Assembly: GCA_964016885.1 (NCBI GenBank)
Contig: OZ024741.1
Location: forward strand, 305,660,001 to 305,724,000
DNA from: Eledone cirrhosa
Lineage: Eukaryota
Direction: 5' to 3'
DNA length: 64,000 nucleotides
Every line of letters starts with the position of its first letter. Within the stretch, counting starts at the first letter, position 1. A program made the translations under genes and the position numbers. Positions 62,824 to 64,000 of the stretch are shown here, one piece after another. The notes beneath the pieces are model-generated. The model was given only the letters and a program-made list of their open reading frames with translations, had not been told where the DNA came from and did not search any database.

Positions 62824-63012
62824 ACAGAGTTTCCATGGTGTCTGTTGAGCGATCTTTGGGAGAAATCTTCTGAGGTGTATGGTGAAGAATTGATAGTTCT
62901 CGATAAAGGTGCTTGCTTCCCTGTAGCAGATCCAACAAGTTAAGTTTGCAAATGCCATATACCTCACGTAATTTTGCTACTAGATCATTCTCCAGGATAT
63001 CTTTCTTTTGAC
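62824..63012 (-). CDS. CFAP92: CFAP92-like exon (most 5' exon identified in the window)
   Basis: CTCAG/GTAACT; 189 bp, phase 1-1; VYGICKLNLLDLLQGSKHLY. Confidence 0.75.
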
Positions 63013-64000
63013 CTGAGTGTTTTATAAAGTAAAATCCATTCAATAAATACAAAACATTAAAAACATTTAATTTTTTCAGAATTAAAAGTTCTGCAGGAAA
63101 AATGTTATGCTGCGATGTCCATGTCTTTCTGAAAGGTGTTATCAGATATAAGTGGAGTAAACTGCTAGGGAACAGAGTCATCACATTCATTAGGCCAACT
63201 AGGCAGCCACCTAAAGCACAGAGCTCAGTGAGTAGGATCACTGAACATTAGAGGATGAAGATATGTTAAGTAGAGGAAAATGCAAGCTTAGTCATTTTCT
63301 TAATGTGTCCAGACCAAGAAGTGTTAAAAACTATGTTTGTCAGCATACTGTAAGTTGAAAATATTTTATTGGAGAAAATTGGGTGCATAACTGAGAGAAA
63401 GAACACATTATAGAGCTAGCCTAGAGTGCTAAATACATAGGTGCTAGGTCAGTGTACAGTCAACTTGGGAGTCACATTATGTATTTCCAGCATTAACAGG
63501 TAAACAAATGCTTATAACTGAAAATATCTTCAGTAAATTTATGTAGGAAAAAATATATGTTGAATAAGCTATGGTAATTATTGCTTACTTATTATTTATC
63601 AATGCAACAAAATATTTTCATATTCATTTGTATATATTTACCAGTAGAAAGAGAGAAAAAAGTGGGAGGAATGAAAAAAAAAATAGAAGTAGGGAGGAAG
63701 TAAACTTTACACTTTTAGCTGGATGGTATATCTCAGCTGTGTTCTACAGACACAATGGTGAAAGTATTGCTGCAGAGTACAGACAGCAAAACCCACTGCA
63801 TTGGCCTTTCCACATCATGGGGTTCCTTCTTCAGGTGAGATGTCCTGATTTTGTGGAGAACAGCAGAGATCGCGAACAGCAGAGATCTCAATGGCAACCA
63901 GCACAAAAGGTTATGGAATACATACCAAAATCAATATAAGGCTGATAGAAGCTGGATATGTCCACCTCTAACCTTAATATTTAACCATGTGAGTCAACAA

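Noticed and set aside
63571-63939. Plus-strand 122-aa ORF
   Set aside because: Only a faint resemblance (YRHNGESIAA) to a Tc1-type HTH; cannot be supported.

Overview
AT-rich, repeat-dense eukaryotic DNA. The tRNA-derived SINEs and the (ATG)n-tailed RTE LINEs look like those of an octopus or other cephalopod; this is inference. The main feature is an apparently intact, very young RTE-clade LINE on the minus strand (about 9581-22541). It has one 1146-aa ORF (AP endonuclease + RT, with a PHD-like C4HC3 finger inside the RT C-terminal part). Its 5' end is a 9.2-kb head-to-tail array of about 18.4 nearly identical 490-500-bp units, each carrying TATA, GC-box and CCAAT motifs and the ORF's first ATG. 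The right half holds ten frame-consistent minus-strand exons (63012 to 39108) of a CFAP92/KIAA1257-like gene whose 5' part is not identified here. The rest is truncated RTE, Tx1/L1, CR1, Penelope and Tc1/mariner relics, MITEs, SINEs and microsatellites. There are also two minimal hammerhead-ribozyme motifs and several long foldback structures. No prokaryotic features, rRNA or genuine tRNA genes were found.
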